Below, in pieces: positions 1 to 13,444 of a stretch of DNA of 64,000 nucleotides (position 1 is its first letter; each line of letters starts with the position of its first letter). The notes below the pieces were generated by a model, which worked only from the letters and a program-made list of their open reading frames with translations, was not told the origin of the DNA and made no database searches. The position numbers and the translations under genes are program-made. This stretch comes from the human T2T-CHM13v2.0 reference genome, Homo sapiens. The DNA lies in the NCBI RefSeq assembly GCF_009914755.1, contig NC_060925.1. One strand, 5' to 3'.

Positions 1-1739
1 AGCTGGTGGCTCTGCAAGTAAACTGAGCTCTGTCCTTTCCCCACCAGCCAGTTATATTTTCTCAGAATGGAGCCAAAATTCTACACTAGATATGCTGCTG
101 CCTGGTAATCTTTTCATTAACAGGCCATCCGCCAATTGGAATCATCAATTACTGTTGGCACAGAGAATTCACAGTCCTTTTCCAACAATGAGGGTGGTGG
201 GCATACCAGGCCTGGATTCATTTCAGCCGCATGGCCCCTTTTTCCTCTCCGTCTCCACTGGGGGGTTTCAGAATCTGCATTGTTTTGTGAAGAGGAGAAT
301 GGTCAAGGTCCTGGCTAGTGTTGTTTCTGTGGAGGTAGAACCTGTGAACAGGAAGTGTAGCCAGCTGGTGGCTCAAGCTATGGGTCTCCTTTCAATCTGG
401 GGACCCTCAGGCTCTGCAGCTGAAGGAGAGACAGCTGGAAGGTGGGGGCGAAGGGAGGCAAATGTGGCAAGCAGCTCATTGCCCAGGCCTGACACTTCAG
501 CCCCTACAACATCAGAGGTGTTTGCCAACAACCCCACCTTCTCTGGAAAGGGTGAGTTATTGACTGTGAAGGAAACACAAATAATGGACGTTATTTTCGT
601 GCAAAGACAACATGAGACAGGGTTCTCTTTTAGGTAGTGAGTCTTATCAACAATGGCTTCCCTAAGTGCTTCCAAAGTGTCTATCCATTAGGGCCAAAGG
701 AGGTGCTTTGATTCTCTCTCAGAGGAGAGAGCAGTTTAATAAATCAGCAAGTGGATGGAGCATCTAAATTCAATAATTGTGAAGTGCAGATAAATCACTG
801 CTGTCAATGCTGACTTTAGACTTTATTCACTCAAAATGGTTAAATTCAAACAGCAATATGCCTACCCAGCATCTGGACACGCACAGCTCATGGCCCCCAG
901 CCACCAGGCTAGAATGTCTCCCCAGAGTTGGGCCTCATTCCTGGCGGTCTGTTGGGAAGTGAAGACAAAGGAAGGAGGTTGAATTACAGCCTGAGAGATG
1001 ACCCATTCTAGTGGCAGAGAGATTGTGGAAGCTCAAAGTGAATAATTCATTGTGCTGTTTGGCTGTGCATTAGGTTTGATCCCTGGAGCTGCTGATGCAA
1101 AGGAGATCAAGCTCTGGCATCTTACCCCAGCTGCACAACTGGGCTTTCCAACACGTTATTTGTTGTTGATTTGCTCACCAGCAACATGAGGGCGTGAACA
1201 ATGGTACATGATCAAAGCTAGAAGTTTAATAGACTCCAGTTGAGCCAAGACTGGTAGGGTGTTTCCACTTACTCCTCTAGATTTTTCCTCGTAGAATATG
1301 TGGTATATCTACTCTCTCCATTTAAACTCTAAGTTTCATGTGAAATGCAAGAAAGTGCAGCCCTTATATTTATAAACATGTCAACTTGCAAATGGTTGGA
1401 TAGGTATTTGAATTATTGATTGTTAAATATTTAAGCTGAATTCCTCATCCATCAGTTCTCATGAGAAGCCGGGGGGACAGATTTACGATGCTGGAGTTTT
1501 TCTGGTTAGTTGGCAGTTGGCATCTCTATCAATTATAGCTCACACGGTAAGTTCCGCAGCGTTCATTGCAGGCACTCAGAATCAGTGTCTATTCTTCCTT
1601 TCAGAGAGAGTTTGTGCAACAAGAGCTTCTGAAAGGAAAAGAAAAAGTAACATGCCGTCTCTGAATTATTGCTGCCACTTTCTGAGGTTTTGGTGGGTCT
1701 GATTGTGTCTCTGGCTATAACGTAGTTGAAAGATCAAGA

Positions 1740-1860
1740 TTTTTAGAGGCAGATAGATCTGGATTTCAGTTCCAGCTCCCTCACTTCCTTAATCCTGTGA
1801 ACCTGAACAATTTTCTTCATACCTCTGAATCTCAATTTCTTTATCTAAAAAATAAAGTCT
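1740..1860 (+). mobile_element. MIR SINE fragment
   Basis: Core-like 'ggatttcagttccagctccctcactt...tgtgaacctgaacaa...cctctgaatctcaatttctttatctaaaa'. Confidence 0.7.
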
Positions 1861-2010
1861 CATGATTCTGTTTCATTAGTGAAATTTAAACAAAGACTCT
1901 TGCTCACACTCATTCTCACTTCTTCTGCCTCCTAAACAGCCCAGGTGCTTCCCTGTATGGCCCTTCCTGGTGTGGCCCTGTGTGGCTTGGCATACCCTTT
2001 CCTCTTGTGA

Positions 2011-2662
<652 letters not shown>

Positions 2663-2719
2663 TCCTGATCTTATGGTCTCATCACACCTGAATAATAATA
2701 AAATCTACATTTAAAAACA

Positions 2720-2721
<2 letters not shown>

Positions 2722-2776
<55 letters not shown>

Positions 2777-2875
2777 GTATGTGTGTATGTATAACGTTTA
2801 TGTGTGTATATATATGTGTATGCATTAATGCTTATGTGTATATATGCGTATGTATATATATGTGTATTTGTGTAT
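2722..2875. repeat. (TA)n/(CA)n/(TG)-rich compound microsatellite
   Basis: Seen directly. Confidence 0.95.
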
Positions 2876-2879
2876 CAGG

Positions 2880-3082
2880 TACCATGTATTGACAGCTTGC
2901 TATGTGCCAGACACAATTCTAATGATTACATATATTAACTTGTTTAATTCTCACAACAACCCTTTGAGGTATGTACGACTTATTAGCCCTATTTTATAGC
3001 TCAGAAAATTAAGGCACCAAAAGTTTAAGGAAACTCTCTGAGTTCACACAGCTGTTAAGTGGTGGAATTGGGTTTTGAAGCC
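2880..3082 (-). mobile_element. MIR SINE
   Basis: 'tatgtgccagacac...tttaattctcacaacaaccct...attttatag...gaaaattaaggc...cacacagct...gtggtggaattggg'. Confidence 0.85.
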
Positions 3083-3114
3083 CTAAACTTTCTGCAATTA
3101 AGGAAATATGCTAT

Positions 3115-3275
3115 ATGTGCTATCTAAATGGTAGGCATTAGCCACATGTGGCCAATGAGTACCTGAAATGGGATTGAGGAACTGAATTTTTAATTTTATA
3201 CAAATTTAATTAATTTAATTTTGAATACCCACATGCGGCCAGTGGCAACTGTACTGGACAGAGCAGGTCTAGACC
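3115..3275. mobile_element. MER3/MER33-like hAT-Charlie MITE
   Basis: 'tagccacatgtggccaatgagtacctgaaatg...gaggaactgaatttttaatttt...gtactggacagagcaggtctaga'. Confidence 0.75.
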
Positions 3276-3730
3276 CTGTACCTCTAACCCTTACAAGACA
3301 GGAAAATTGAATAAACATTTGTCTGCAGAACTTCTCAGAGCCTTTGTCTGTCAATGGGTATTGTGAAACTCAGAGAGGAAATAGAACATACCCAAGGGAT
3401 ACAATCTTTTCTGCTTCTCTAGAGATGGCAGATGACCTCTGTCCCCATGTGGGAATGTCTGGGGGACTGACACCCCCAGCCAGAGCTGGTGCCTGCCCAT
3501 GCAATGTGATAGTGACTGCCTGGTCCCCAGATACTTTCCTGAAATGTCCACCATGGAAATCAGTCCTCTGGCATAGAAACAAAACCATTTCATCTCAAAC
3601 ATATGCAGGTGGTAAGAGATTCAACTTATTTCATGAACACATTGTTATTTTAATACAGAATTGATTAAATCATTTAAATTAATCAAGTTGCATATTTTAC
3701 AAATTATAAATTTGCACCTTAACTTATATC

Positions 3731-3900
3731 AATGTTACTCAAAGTGTGATCCCTTCTAGCAGCAGCAGCACTGATGGGAATCTAGTGAGAACAAAATTAT
3801 CAGCCCATTCCAGACCTAATGAATCAAGTCCTGGGGATGTGGCCCAGCAATCTGTGTTTTAACAAGTCCTCTGGGTGACTCATTCAAGTCTGAGATCACC
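3731..3900. mobile_element. MER5A hAT MITE
   Basis: 'tactcaaagtgtg...agcagcagc...ccagacctaatgaatca...gcccagcaatctgtgttttaacaag...aagtctgagatcac'. Confidence 0.85.
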
Positions 3901-4354
3901 TTACGTAAATGGTCTAATTTAATCTATAGAGCTGGGGAAAGGGAGTCCCAGGGAATTTAAATGACATGCTCAAAGCTACTGAGCAGAAAAATTACGGAAC
4001 TGGAACATGAACCCAGTTCTCAACCAGCGGCTTCATATCTGCCTGGAGGTCTTCCAGATTTCCTGGGGACAGCCCTAGCTGCTGACTGGCCCTCTTCTCT
4101 ATGCTTACCCCAGTCTCAGAGTGGGGTGGTGGCTGTGGGGCAAGAGAGCCAGCCACATGCTCCCCTTGCATTTCTCTTTCCTACTCCCACCCTCTCCATC
4201 TCACCTCCTGTCACGATACACAGGTCAACAAATATACAGTAAGCATCCTTTTCCATCTTTCCCTCAGCCTTCCTCCTAAGACTTTTATACATTCCTAGTC
4301 TCTCATGTGGGAAAGTAGAAATTTAATAGGCATGGTGGGGGAAGGGGAAGGAAA

Positions 4355-4550
4355 TGGGGTTCCATAATTGGGAAATGCTGGATTAAACAAAATTAAGTAG
4401 GTTTCTTTATTACAGGTCTTTTCAGAGCTTTTACGATGTAAATATGTGACACTCCAAAAAGGAGGATATAGCATGCAGCATTCAACAATTCAGATGACCA
4501 CAGAACCTTCTTATTTGGAGAACATTTTGTGAGATGAGCATTCTGTAGAG
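4355..4550. mobile_element. hAT-Charlie DNA transposon fragment (Charlie4-like)
   Basis: 'ttgggaaatgctggattaaacaaaattaagtaggtttcttt...cagagctttt...atatagcatgcagc...tgaccacagaacc'. Confidence 0.6.
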
Positions 4551-4787
4551 GACAGGTTCTTTTCCCATGGAAAGCAGAGCATGAGCCCTAAGTGTATAGG
4601 ACATAGGACAGGCAGATCTTGCATGTCATGATAAAGGATAGAGAAATTCCAGAATGCAGAATTCCCATTGCACCAGTCATTGCCACTTCTAGTATATCTT
4701 TGAGTCTAGCCCTATCAGAGATCTTCCTAAGGTCAAGTTTACTGAGTGAAGAAAGGTAATGGTAGGGAAATATTACTACTTGGAGGG

Positions 4788-5133
4788 TGCTATAGTCTGA
4801 ATATGTCTTGCAAAATTCATATGTTGAAACTTAATTGCCAATGTGATAGTATTAAGACGTAGAGTCTTTAGCAGGTGATTAAGTCATGAGGGCCGAGCCA
4901 TCATGGATGGAATTAACATCTTATAAAAGAGGTGGAAGGGAGCACCCTAAACCTTTTTTGCCCTTCAAGGTGCCATATTGAAAGCAGAGTCCAGGCCCTC
5001 ACCAGGCACCAAACCTGCCAGTACATTGATCTTAGACTTCTCAGCCTCTGGAACTCTAAGAAATAAATTTCTATTATTTATAAATTACCTAGGCTGTAGT
5101 ATATTGTTACAACAGCATGAATGTACTAAGGTA
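4788..5133 (+). mobile_element. ERVL-MaLR solo LTR (MSTC/MSTD-like)
   Basis: Starts tgctatagtctgaatatg; 'ccctcaccag..accaaacctgccag..cattgatcttagacttctcagcctc', aataaa signal, ends actaaggta. Confidence 0.85.
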
Positions 5134-5471
5134 GGGGGTGAGACGTAACAGCAAGTGGCCCACAATAGTGCTAGGACTAAGTACCGGAGGCCCTACTGGG
5201 CCAGCTGTGAACCCCTTAGTTGCTGGATCATGGGGAGGGAGAGTGAGGAGTCTCAGAATAGAGTGCAAGAGAGCTGAGTCACAGTATTCTGAGGATTCAG
5301 GGTAAGAGCAGTCTGCCAACTATAGAATTATTTCATTCTTTGACAACTGAGATAGTGATTCTGGTACATGCCAGCTAAATATTAGCCCTGAATTCAGGAG
5401 CAGGCTTTAAAACATCAGTGTTCCATCATAGACTATGTCATCCTAATTATATATATTATGTCCCCAAAAGC

Positions 5472-5473
<2 letters not shown>

Positions 5474-5527
<54 letters not shown>

Positions 5528-5546
5528 CACACATATATATATATAT
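5474..5546. repeat. (CA)n/(TA)n microsatellite
   Basis: Seen directly. Confidence 0.95.
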
Positions 5547-5789
5547 TTATACATGTTATGTCCCCCAAAGCTATCTATATAAAACAGTGTTAGTATCTCT
5601 CAAATTGTTGTTAAAGACAAGCTTTCTTTTAATTTAGGTATCTGGTGGCTCTACTTGATGGACTCAAAAACCACATTTTTTGTTGTTTTTTGTTTTTTGT
5701 TTTTTTGAGTGGTCACACAGCTCAGGCAGAGGCTCCTGGCTTGCATGGTTGCCCATAATAGGACAAAGAATATTTAAATTAAGCTTTAA

Positions 5790-5960
5790 AAGCCTTGGTG
5801 CTTGTTTCAGTTCGGCTATTTACTAGTTGTGTGGCCTTAGGAAGGTTATATACCTTCTCTGAACCTCTTTTTTCTCATTTGGAAAATGATGATAGTCATA
5901 ATATACATGAAAGCGGCTGATATAATGCATTGTACATAACATGCTTTCAATAAATGTTGC
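5790..5960 (+). mobile_element. MIR SINE
   Basis: 'tactagttgtgtggccttaggaaggttat...ctctgaacctc...ctcatttggaaaatg...tcaataaatgtt'. Confidence 0.75.
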
Positions 5961-7028
5961 AAGAACTAAAAAAATAATTACTAAGAACTGGAAAAGCCAA
6001 CTAACTAATTAGCTAACTAAAAACCCACATGCATACATACATACCAGCTCATTCTGGGCCACAGGCTTCATTTGAGAAGTAGACAGTTGGTTTGGATTTG
6101 TATGTGGGGAAGAATCTGAGATTAACTGCCTCCCCATTCTGCATCTTTGGCTTCAGTTAAGGAAAAGCAGATGTGTGGACAGGAAAGGAGGTACCAATTT
6201 GAATGACAAAACTGGGCTGAAAGAATGCATACATCACATAAAACAGACACACAGACCAATGGAACAGAATCAAGAGCCCAGAAATAAACCTATGCATATA
6301 TGGTCAACTAATATTTGACGAAGGCGCCAAGAATACACATGGGGAATGGATAGTCTCTTCGATAAATGGTGTTGGGAAAACTGGATATTCACAGGCAAAA
6401 GAATGAAATTGGATCCCTATCATACACCACTCACAAAAATTAATTGAAATGGATTAAAGACTTAAATGTAAGACCTGAAACTGCAAAACTCCTAGAAGTA
6501 AACATAGGGAAAAACTTCTTGACATTGGTCTTGGCAATGATTTTTTGGATATGACACCAAAACACACAAACAACAAAAGCAAAAACAGACAAGAAGGACT
6601 ACATCAAACTAAAAGCCTTCTGTACATCCAAGGAAACAATCGACAAAATGAAAAGGCAACCTATGGAATGGGAGAAAATATTTGCAAACCATATATCTGA
6701 TAAGGAGTTAATAGCTAAAATATATAAGGAACTCATACAACTCAACAGCAAACAAATAAACAAACAAATAATCCAATTTTAAAATGACAAGACACCTAAA
6801 TAGACATCTTTCCAATGAAGACTACAGGGAGTGTATGTTAAGGGCAACTTGAATCTATGTGCCAGAGGGCATTATTACACTTTTATTTTTATTTTTAAAA
6901 AGACATACAAATGGCCATCAGGTACACAAAAAGGCTCTCACCATCACTAGTCATCAGGGAAATGCAAATCAAAACCACAGTGAAATATCACCTCCCACAT
7001 GTTAGGATGGCTATTATAAAAAAGATAA

Positions 7029-7314
7029 GGCCAGGTGCGGTGGTTCACACCTGTAATCCCAGCAGTTTGGGAGGCCAAGGCGGGTGGATCACCTGAGGTC
7101 AGGAGTTCAAGACCAGCCTGGCCAACATGGTAAAACCCCGTCTCTACTAATAATACAAAAATTAGCTGGGCATGGTGGCGGGCACCTGTAATCCGGCTAC
7201 TCCGAAGGCTGAGGCAGGAGAATCGCTTGAACCTGGGAGGCAGAGGATCACACCACTGCACTCCAGCCTGGGCAACAAGAGCAAAACTCTGTTTAAAAAA
7301 AAAAAAAAAAAAAA
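7029..7314 (+). mobile_element. Alu (AluSq-like) with a ~15-bp right-arm deletion
   Basis: Dimer plus polyA; 'ggcaacaagagcaaaactc'; lacks 'ttgcagtgagccgag'. Confidence 0.93.
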
Positions 7315-7824
7315 AGAGAGAGAGAGATAAGGGTTGATGAGGAGATGAAGAAAAATAAACCCTGTGCACTGCTGGTGGGAATGTAAATTGGTGGAGCCAT
7401 TATAAAACAGTAGAGAGGTTCCTCAGAAACATAAAAATAGAACAGCCATATGATTCAGCAATCCCACTTCTGGGTTTGTTTCCGTAGGAAAGAAAATCAG
7501 TACCTCAAAGAGATATCTGCACTCTGATGTTAATTGCAGCATTATTCATAATAGCCAAAACCACCTAAGTATCTAAGTATCTGTCAATGGATGAATGGAT
7601 ATCTGTCTATCTATCTATACATACACACACACACACAATATATAAAACAGTATTTATTACATATTATATATAATTATATATATATACACATATATATATA
7701 TATAGTCCAGCCATAAGAAAAGAAGAAAATCCTGCCATTTGGGACAATATGAATGAAACTTGACGGCATTATGCTAAGTGAAATAAGTCAGAAGAGAAAG
7801 ACAAACACTGTATGATCTCACTTA

Positions 7825-8422
7825 AGAAGACAGTGTGGCAATTCCTCAAAGATCTAAAGACAGAAATACCATTTGACTCAGCAATCCCATTACTGAGTGT
7901 ATATCCAAAGGAATATAAATCATTCTACTGGAAAGATACATGCACATGTATGTTCAGTGCAGCACTATTCACAATAGTGAAGACATGGAATCAACTCACA
8001 TGCCCATCAATGATAGACTGGATAAAGAAAATGTGGTACATATACACCATGGAATACTATGCAGCCATAAAAAGGAATGAGAACATGTCCTTTCCAGGGA
8101 CATGGATGAAACTGGAAGCCGTTTATCCTCAGCAAACTAACACAGGAACAGAAAACCAAACACCACATGTTCTCACTTATAACTAGGAGCTGAATGATGA
8201 GAACATGTGGACACGTGAAGGGGAACAACACACACTGGGGCCTGTCAGTGCAGGGGGAGGGAGAGCATCAGGAAGAATAGCTAGCTAATGGATGCTGGGC
8301 TTAATACCAAAGTGATGGATGGTTTGATCTGTGCAGTAAACCACCATGGCACACGTTTATCTATGTAACAAATCTGTGCATCCTGCACATATACCTTGGA
8401 ACTTAAAATTAAAAAAAAAAAA
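7825..8422 (+). mobile_element. L1PA (older L1PA subfamily) 3' end nested in the L1M 3'UTR
   Basis: ORF2 end (VWQFLKDL..CMFSAALFTI..WIKKMWYIYTMEYYAAIK), L1PA 3'UTR and polyA; host resumes at gttgaactc. Confidence 0.9.
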
Positions 8423-8718
8423 AGTTGAACTCATTGAAACAGAGAGTAGAATGGTGGTTGGGGAGAATAGAATGGTGGTTTCTCCCGTAGGGGCTGGGGA
8501 AAGTGAAGAGATGATCAAAGGTACAAACTTTCAGTTATAAAATGGATGAGTTCTGGGGATCTCCTGTATAGCCTGGTGACTGTAATTTACACTGTATTGT
8601 ATACTTGAAATTTGCTAAAAGAGTAAATATTAAATGTTCTCATTACACACACATACACAAAAGGTAACTATATGAGGTGATGGGTGTGTTAACTAACTTG
8701 ATTGTGGTAATCATTTCA

Positions 8719-8721
<3 letters not shown>

Positions 8722-8768
<47 letters not shown>
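8722..8768. repeat. (TA)n microsatellite
   Basis: Seen directly. Confidence 0.97.
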
Positions 8769-8770
<2 letters not shown>

Positions 8771-9290
8771 AATAATCACAGTGCACACCTTAAATTTATA
8801 CAATTCTGTTTGCCAAGCCATACCTCAAGAAAGCTGTGGGTGGGGGAAGCATCCATAAAACCTGCCCACAGAGCTGCCAGAATGGAGAGGTGGAGGAGGT
8901 CACCACCTCTTTCCTGGGAAAGAAATGAGTTTTGTTTCCTCACCTTCTGTGAACTGCAGTTGTGGTGTTTAGCCTATGGCTCACTGAGCATCAAAAAGAG
9001 CTGCATCAACATCATTACTGCTTTTCTGTCCTCACCTGATGGTGTTTCACACCTTATCAGAGATGCTGGAGATAGCTTAGTGACCCCTGTACACTAAGAA
9101 GGTGACAATCTGGGTGTATGACAGCTTTAAGCTTTGCTTTATGGAAGCCTGGCTGGCCTTCTGGCCCTTTCCAGGTTCTTGAACTAACTGATCAGGAAGG
9201 ATCTTCATTTGTACAATCCCTTCATTCCTCAGGTAGGAAAACCAGAGAAGATGTGCTCCTTATTTAAAGTCACACAGTATATTAGTAGCA

Positions 9291-9790
9291 TGTATCAGTT
9301 AGATTTGCTAAGTAACAAGCTGCCCCAAAGCTTAGCAGCTTAAAGCAACAAATGTATACTTAGCTCATTGTTCTATGGATCAGGATTTTGGGCTGTGCTC
9401 ACCTGGTCTTGACTGAACTCACTCATGCATGTGCAGTCAGCTGCAGAGTCAGCTAGGTGCTAGCCTGTGGTGGTCTCAGTTAAGATGGCTCACCTCTGCT
9501 TTATGAGGTCTTTCATCTTCCAGCAGATTAGCCCAAGCCTATTCACATGGCACCTTGGCAGGATCCCCCATGAGAGGGCGGGTGCTCTTAAGACCTCTTA
9601 GTCCTAGCTTCAAAAGTGGCACAACATCGCTTCCACGGCATTCTACTGTTCAAAGCCAGTGACAAGGCCAGCACAGATTCAAGAGATAGGGAAATAGCCT
9701 CCACCTCATGATGAGAGGAGCTTTAAAGACAAGTGCAAAAGGGCAGCACACAAAGACAGAAATAATGGAAGCTTTTTTGCAAACTCTGTC
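9291..9790 (-). mobile_element. MLT1 (MaLR) LTR
   Basis: 'tgtatcagttag..gctaagtaacaag...cttagcagcttaaagcaac...cacatggc...cattctactgttcaaagc..agattcaag'. Confidence 0.85.
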
Positions 9791-10039
9791 CCAAAGTATA
9801 TCCAGGAATTCTCCCCAAGGCTCTTGATTTTGAGGTATAATGGAGATCTATTGTTTTGCCCACCTAGCATCCATCTCCTCTTCCTTGGAGACTTACACTT
9901 AGAATTTACTTTAAGTCCAGTTTTGGGAGAACTTTTCATGAAAAAGCTCCACCTATCCTGTTGCATGTCCATTAACAGGTGGACATGCAACCCAGGTTAG
10001 ACCCATCCAGATGCTCTTTGCCTGGAATTTGAACACTGA

Positions 10040-10534
10040 CCCAGCAGAGTGGCAGCATGACTTCAGACGAGATGCTCCATCTGTTCCTGCTGCCTTTGCT
10101 CCTCAGTGCGGCCCAGCCACTTCCCTTGTGAGGTCTGACCATTTGGCTGTGCTTCAGTTCTGTGAACTGCCTGCTGCAGTGGATGCTGTGTGCACCACCC
10201 AGATCCCACTCAGGACGGAGGCAATTATTCCTGCGGCTGCTGGAAGGGTTGATTGCTGAGAGCCACAGACACGTCTCACCCCAAGAATTGCCCTTCTCTC
10301 AAGAGTGCTACCTTTCCCTGGGGGTGGCCTCCCTTGGGACAACTCTGAAGGGCCATCCCTGGCCGATCAGGTGAGGCTTTTGTTGTACCTGAGTCACAGT
10401 TCAACTTCTCCTTCTGCCCAGTTCTGCTTCCCTCACTCCCTCATGAGTTTTGTTGCCAAGAACATCCTCCAGTAGATATCCCGCAGAAAAATCTCCATCT
10501 GAGAAACTGTTTCCTGAGGTTCTCACCTTAAGAT
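10040..10534 (+). mobile_element. LTR16-like ERVL LTR, apparently inside an older MLT-type LTR (about 9840-10610)
   Basis: 'cacagttcaacttctccttctgcccagttctgcttccctcac...aatctccatct...tgtttcctgag...ccttaagata'. Confidence 0.65.
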
Positions 10535-10819
10535 ACCCCATATCCCTTTCATAAATTCATTTCTTACCTGGGTGAGTCAGTCAGTTTCTGTGGCTTACAA
10601 CCAAAAACTGTTAAAAAGCTATGTTCTTCCAGCCTTCTTTTCACTATATCATTTTCTAATTCTTGCCCACTATTTACTTAACATGTACTATTTGACCACT
10701 CAAAATAACCCTTCCATGTTGGTACTGTTAGCCTCGTTTGATAGGTGAGATAACTTAAATCAAGGACCTTAAATGAATTGCCCAAGGTGATAAGCAAAGT
10801 AGCTAAGAAAATTAACTTT

Positions 10820-11030
10820 GGAGACTACCACCACCACTCCCTACTTATGTCACCTTGGACAACTTAACCTATATATGCCTTGGTTTTCTCCTCTGTAAAA
10901 TGGGGATAATAATAATAGCACCTATCTCATAGGGTTGCTATGAGGATGAAATGAATTAATACACATAAGGTGTTTAGAACAGTGTCTGCCAAACATAAGT
11001 TCTACATCAGTGTTTGCTATGATTATTGTT
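10820..11030 (+). mobile_element. MIR SINE (a further minus-strand MIR piece lies at about 10690-10800)
   Basis: 'ctctgtaaaatggggataataataatagcacctatctcatagggttgctatgaggatgaaatga'. Confidence 0.9.
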
Positions 11031-12198
11031 GCTGATGTAAGTATTAGTAGTAATGGTATTAATATTGAGCTTTCTGATTCTAGAGCTTATGCTTGCTGTG
11101 TCTGCAATATTCCTCAAGTGTAAATCCTCTTTCTGCTATTTCCACAGCCCATCTTGCTCCCAGAATGCCAGATCTTGAGTAGAGAACCATGTATCTCTAA
11201 TGAAAGGAACAGTTCTGCTGACAAGGCCCCTCTTTGCTTGCCTTCCCATTTTTCTTTGTTTCAGGTTTGAAATATGGTCTTCCCCCCACTCACTGGTTTG
11301 CTGTAAGTAATTGTCTTCTTGGAGCAACCTGAAAGGTGCTCCTGTTTGGGGCATCCTAGCCTGTTGGGGATGTAATTTGTTAAAGTATATTTTAAATACA
11401 ATAGACTCCCAGGGTGAATGTGCCTGCTATGCTACCCAAGGAGCTGGTTTAATTATTTGAATCATTCCCCCAGGCCATTCTTAATCTCAGGCCTGCCTCT
11501 GTTAACTGCACATCTTGTGATGGGACACAACATGAATATCAAAATCAATAAATTACACGTTTTCAAGGATGGAGGCCAAACAACAGCAACCTAGTTACTG
11601 GGCATGAAAGCCAGCTTCCTCTTAGAAACCATAATCCCAAAACAATAAGTCTGGGCAGTGGGACATATTCTTGTTATGGGGCACATGCTGTTCTGACATT
11701 AAAAGAATGCAGATTGGTCTTAAAACCTGGGACCTTGTAATTACAAGGGATGAATGGTTCTTAGTGAACACAGAAGCATTCCCAGGGCTTAACCGACTTC
11801 TGTTTGGAAATCACGATGCCAGGGTGAATGTGAGCAACTAACATTGACTGAGCACTCCTCAGAAAAGGGAAGAGAATGCAGTCCTTGCTGTCCTGCCAAG
11901 AAGGGAAGTGAGGGGGACACACAGGAAAGCATCTTTCCAGGAGAGCCAAGGAGCAAAGGAAGGAACAACAGGAAAGGCATCTGAAGCCAGCTTGAGGGCA
12001 AGTCAGGGCTTCCCTGAGCTGAAAATGCTCAAGATGAGGGTGAGGAGAAGACAGGCAGGTGCAGAAGGAGAGAGGCCGTGCAGGCAGAGGCCAAAGCTCT
12101 CTTGATGGCACCAACACATGAACGGCTTTGGGAACTACAAGCATCTCTTAAATCCATTTCCCATCCCTCACTCCCCAGGAGCAAAGGCTCTCATCATT

Positions 12199-13444
12199 GT
12201 TGTTGTTGTTTTTGCATCTCCTCAATTCCCCACCCCCAGCCCCTGTAGCCACCATTCTACTCTCTACTTTAATGAATTGCACTTTTTTAGATTCCTCATA
12301 TGAGTGAGATCATGGAGTGTTTGTCTCTCGGCCTGACTTATTTCACTTAGCGTAATATCCTTGATGTTCATCTATGTTGTTGCAAATGACAGAATTTCCT
12401 TCTTTTTTGAAGCTGGAGAGTATTCCACTGTATACATAGACCACAATTTCTTTATTCATTTATCTGATGATGGACACTTAGTTTGATTCCATATCTTGGC
12501 TATTGTGAATACTGCTGCATAAACACAGAAGTGCAGATACCTCTTCAACATACTGAGTTCATATCCTTTGGATATGTATGCAGTAGTGGGATAGCTGGAT
12601 CTGTGACAGTTCTAATTTTAATTTTTTGAGAAACCTCCGTGCTGTTTTCTATAATGGCTGTACTGATTTACATTTCCACCAGCACTGTACAGGAGTTCCC
12701 TTTTCTCTATGTCCTCGCCAACACTTTTTATCTTTTGCCCTTTTGATAGTAGCCACACTAACAGGTGTAAGTTAATGTCTTATTGTGGTTTTAATTTGTA
12801 GTTCTCTAATGATTAGAAATCTTGAGCATTTTTTCTTATACCTGTTGGCCATTTGTATGTCTTCTTTTGAGAAATGTCTATTCAGATCCTTTGGCCATAT
12901 TTAAATCAGATTATTTGTTTTCTTACTATTGAGTTGAGTTCCTTATATATTTTGAATATTAGCTCCCTATTAGCATGGTACTGGCATAAAAATAGACACA
13001 TAGGCCAATGCAACAGAATAGAAAGCCAAGAAATAAATCTGCACATTTACGATTACTTGATTTTTGACAAAGGTGCCAAAAACACACAATAGAGAAAGAG
13101 CTCTCTTCAATAAATAGTGTGAGACGACTGAATATCCACATGCAGAAAAATGAAATTAGACCTTTATCTCACATCTTATACAAACATCGACTCTACATGG
13201 ATTAAAGATTTAAATGTAAGACCCAAAACTATAAAACTACTAGAAGAAAACATAAGAGAAAAGCTTCATGCATGACCTTAGTCTGAACAATGATTTTTGG
13301 GTATAAGCCAAAAATCACAGACAACAAATGCAAAAATAGACAAACGGTATTACAGCAAACTAAAAAGCTTCTGCACAGACAAGGAACAATCAATAGGGTA
13401 AAGAGACAAACTACAGAATGGGAGAAAATATATGCACACCATAC
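12199..13444 (-). mobile_element. L1MA-type insertion with a 5' inversion (twin priming)
   Basis: Antisense L1 at about 12215-12970, sense L1 at about 12972-13444; TSD aggctctc(a/c)tcatt at 12185-12198 and 13445-13458. Confidence 0.9.

Larger units (their letters stand above)
6235..8836 (+). mobile_element. Old L1 (L1MA/L1MB-type) 3' portion, interrupted by an Alu, an L1PA and microsatellites
   Basis: ORF2 C-terminal sequence (gaccaatggaacagaat; [14 protein letters not shown]) followed by L1M 3'UTR ending tacctcaagaaagctg. Confidence 0.9.

Noticed and set aside
92-637. 181-aa ORF (and the overlapping 100-aa antisense ORF)
   Set aside because: No recognisable domain or supporting gene structure; consistent with a chance ORF
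8441-8480. ~20-bp tandem duplication (tagaatggtggtt) and similar micro-duplications at about 17340 and 52020-52075
   Set aside because: Common slippage events within decayed L1 sequence
11409-11832. 14-bp direct repeat ccagggtgaatgtg, 410 bp apart
   Set aside because: No flanking similarity; plausible by chance in 64 kb
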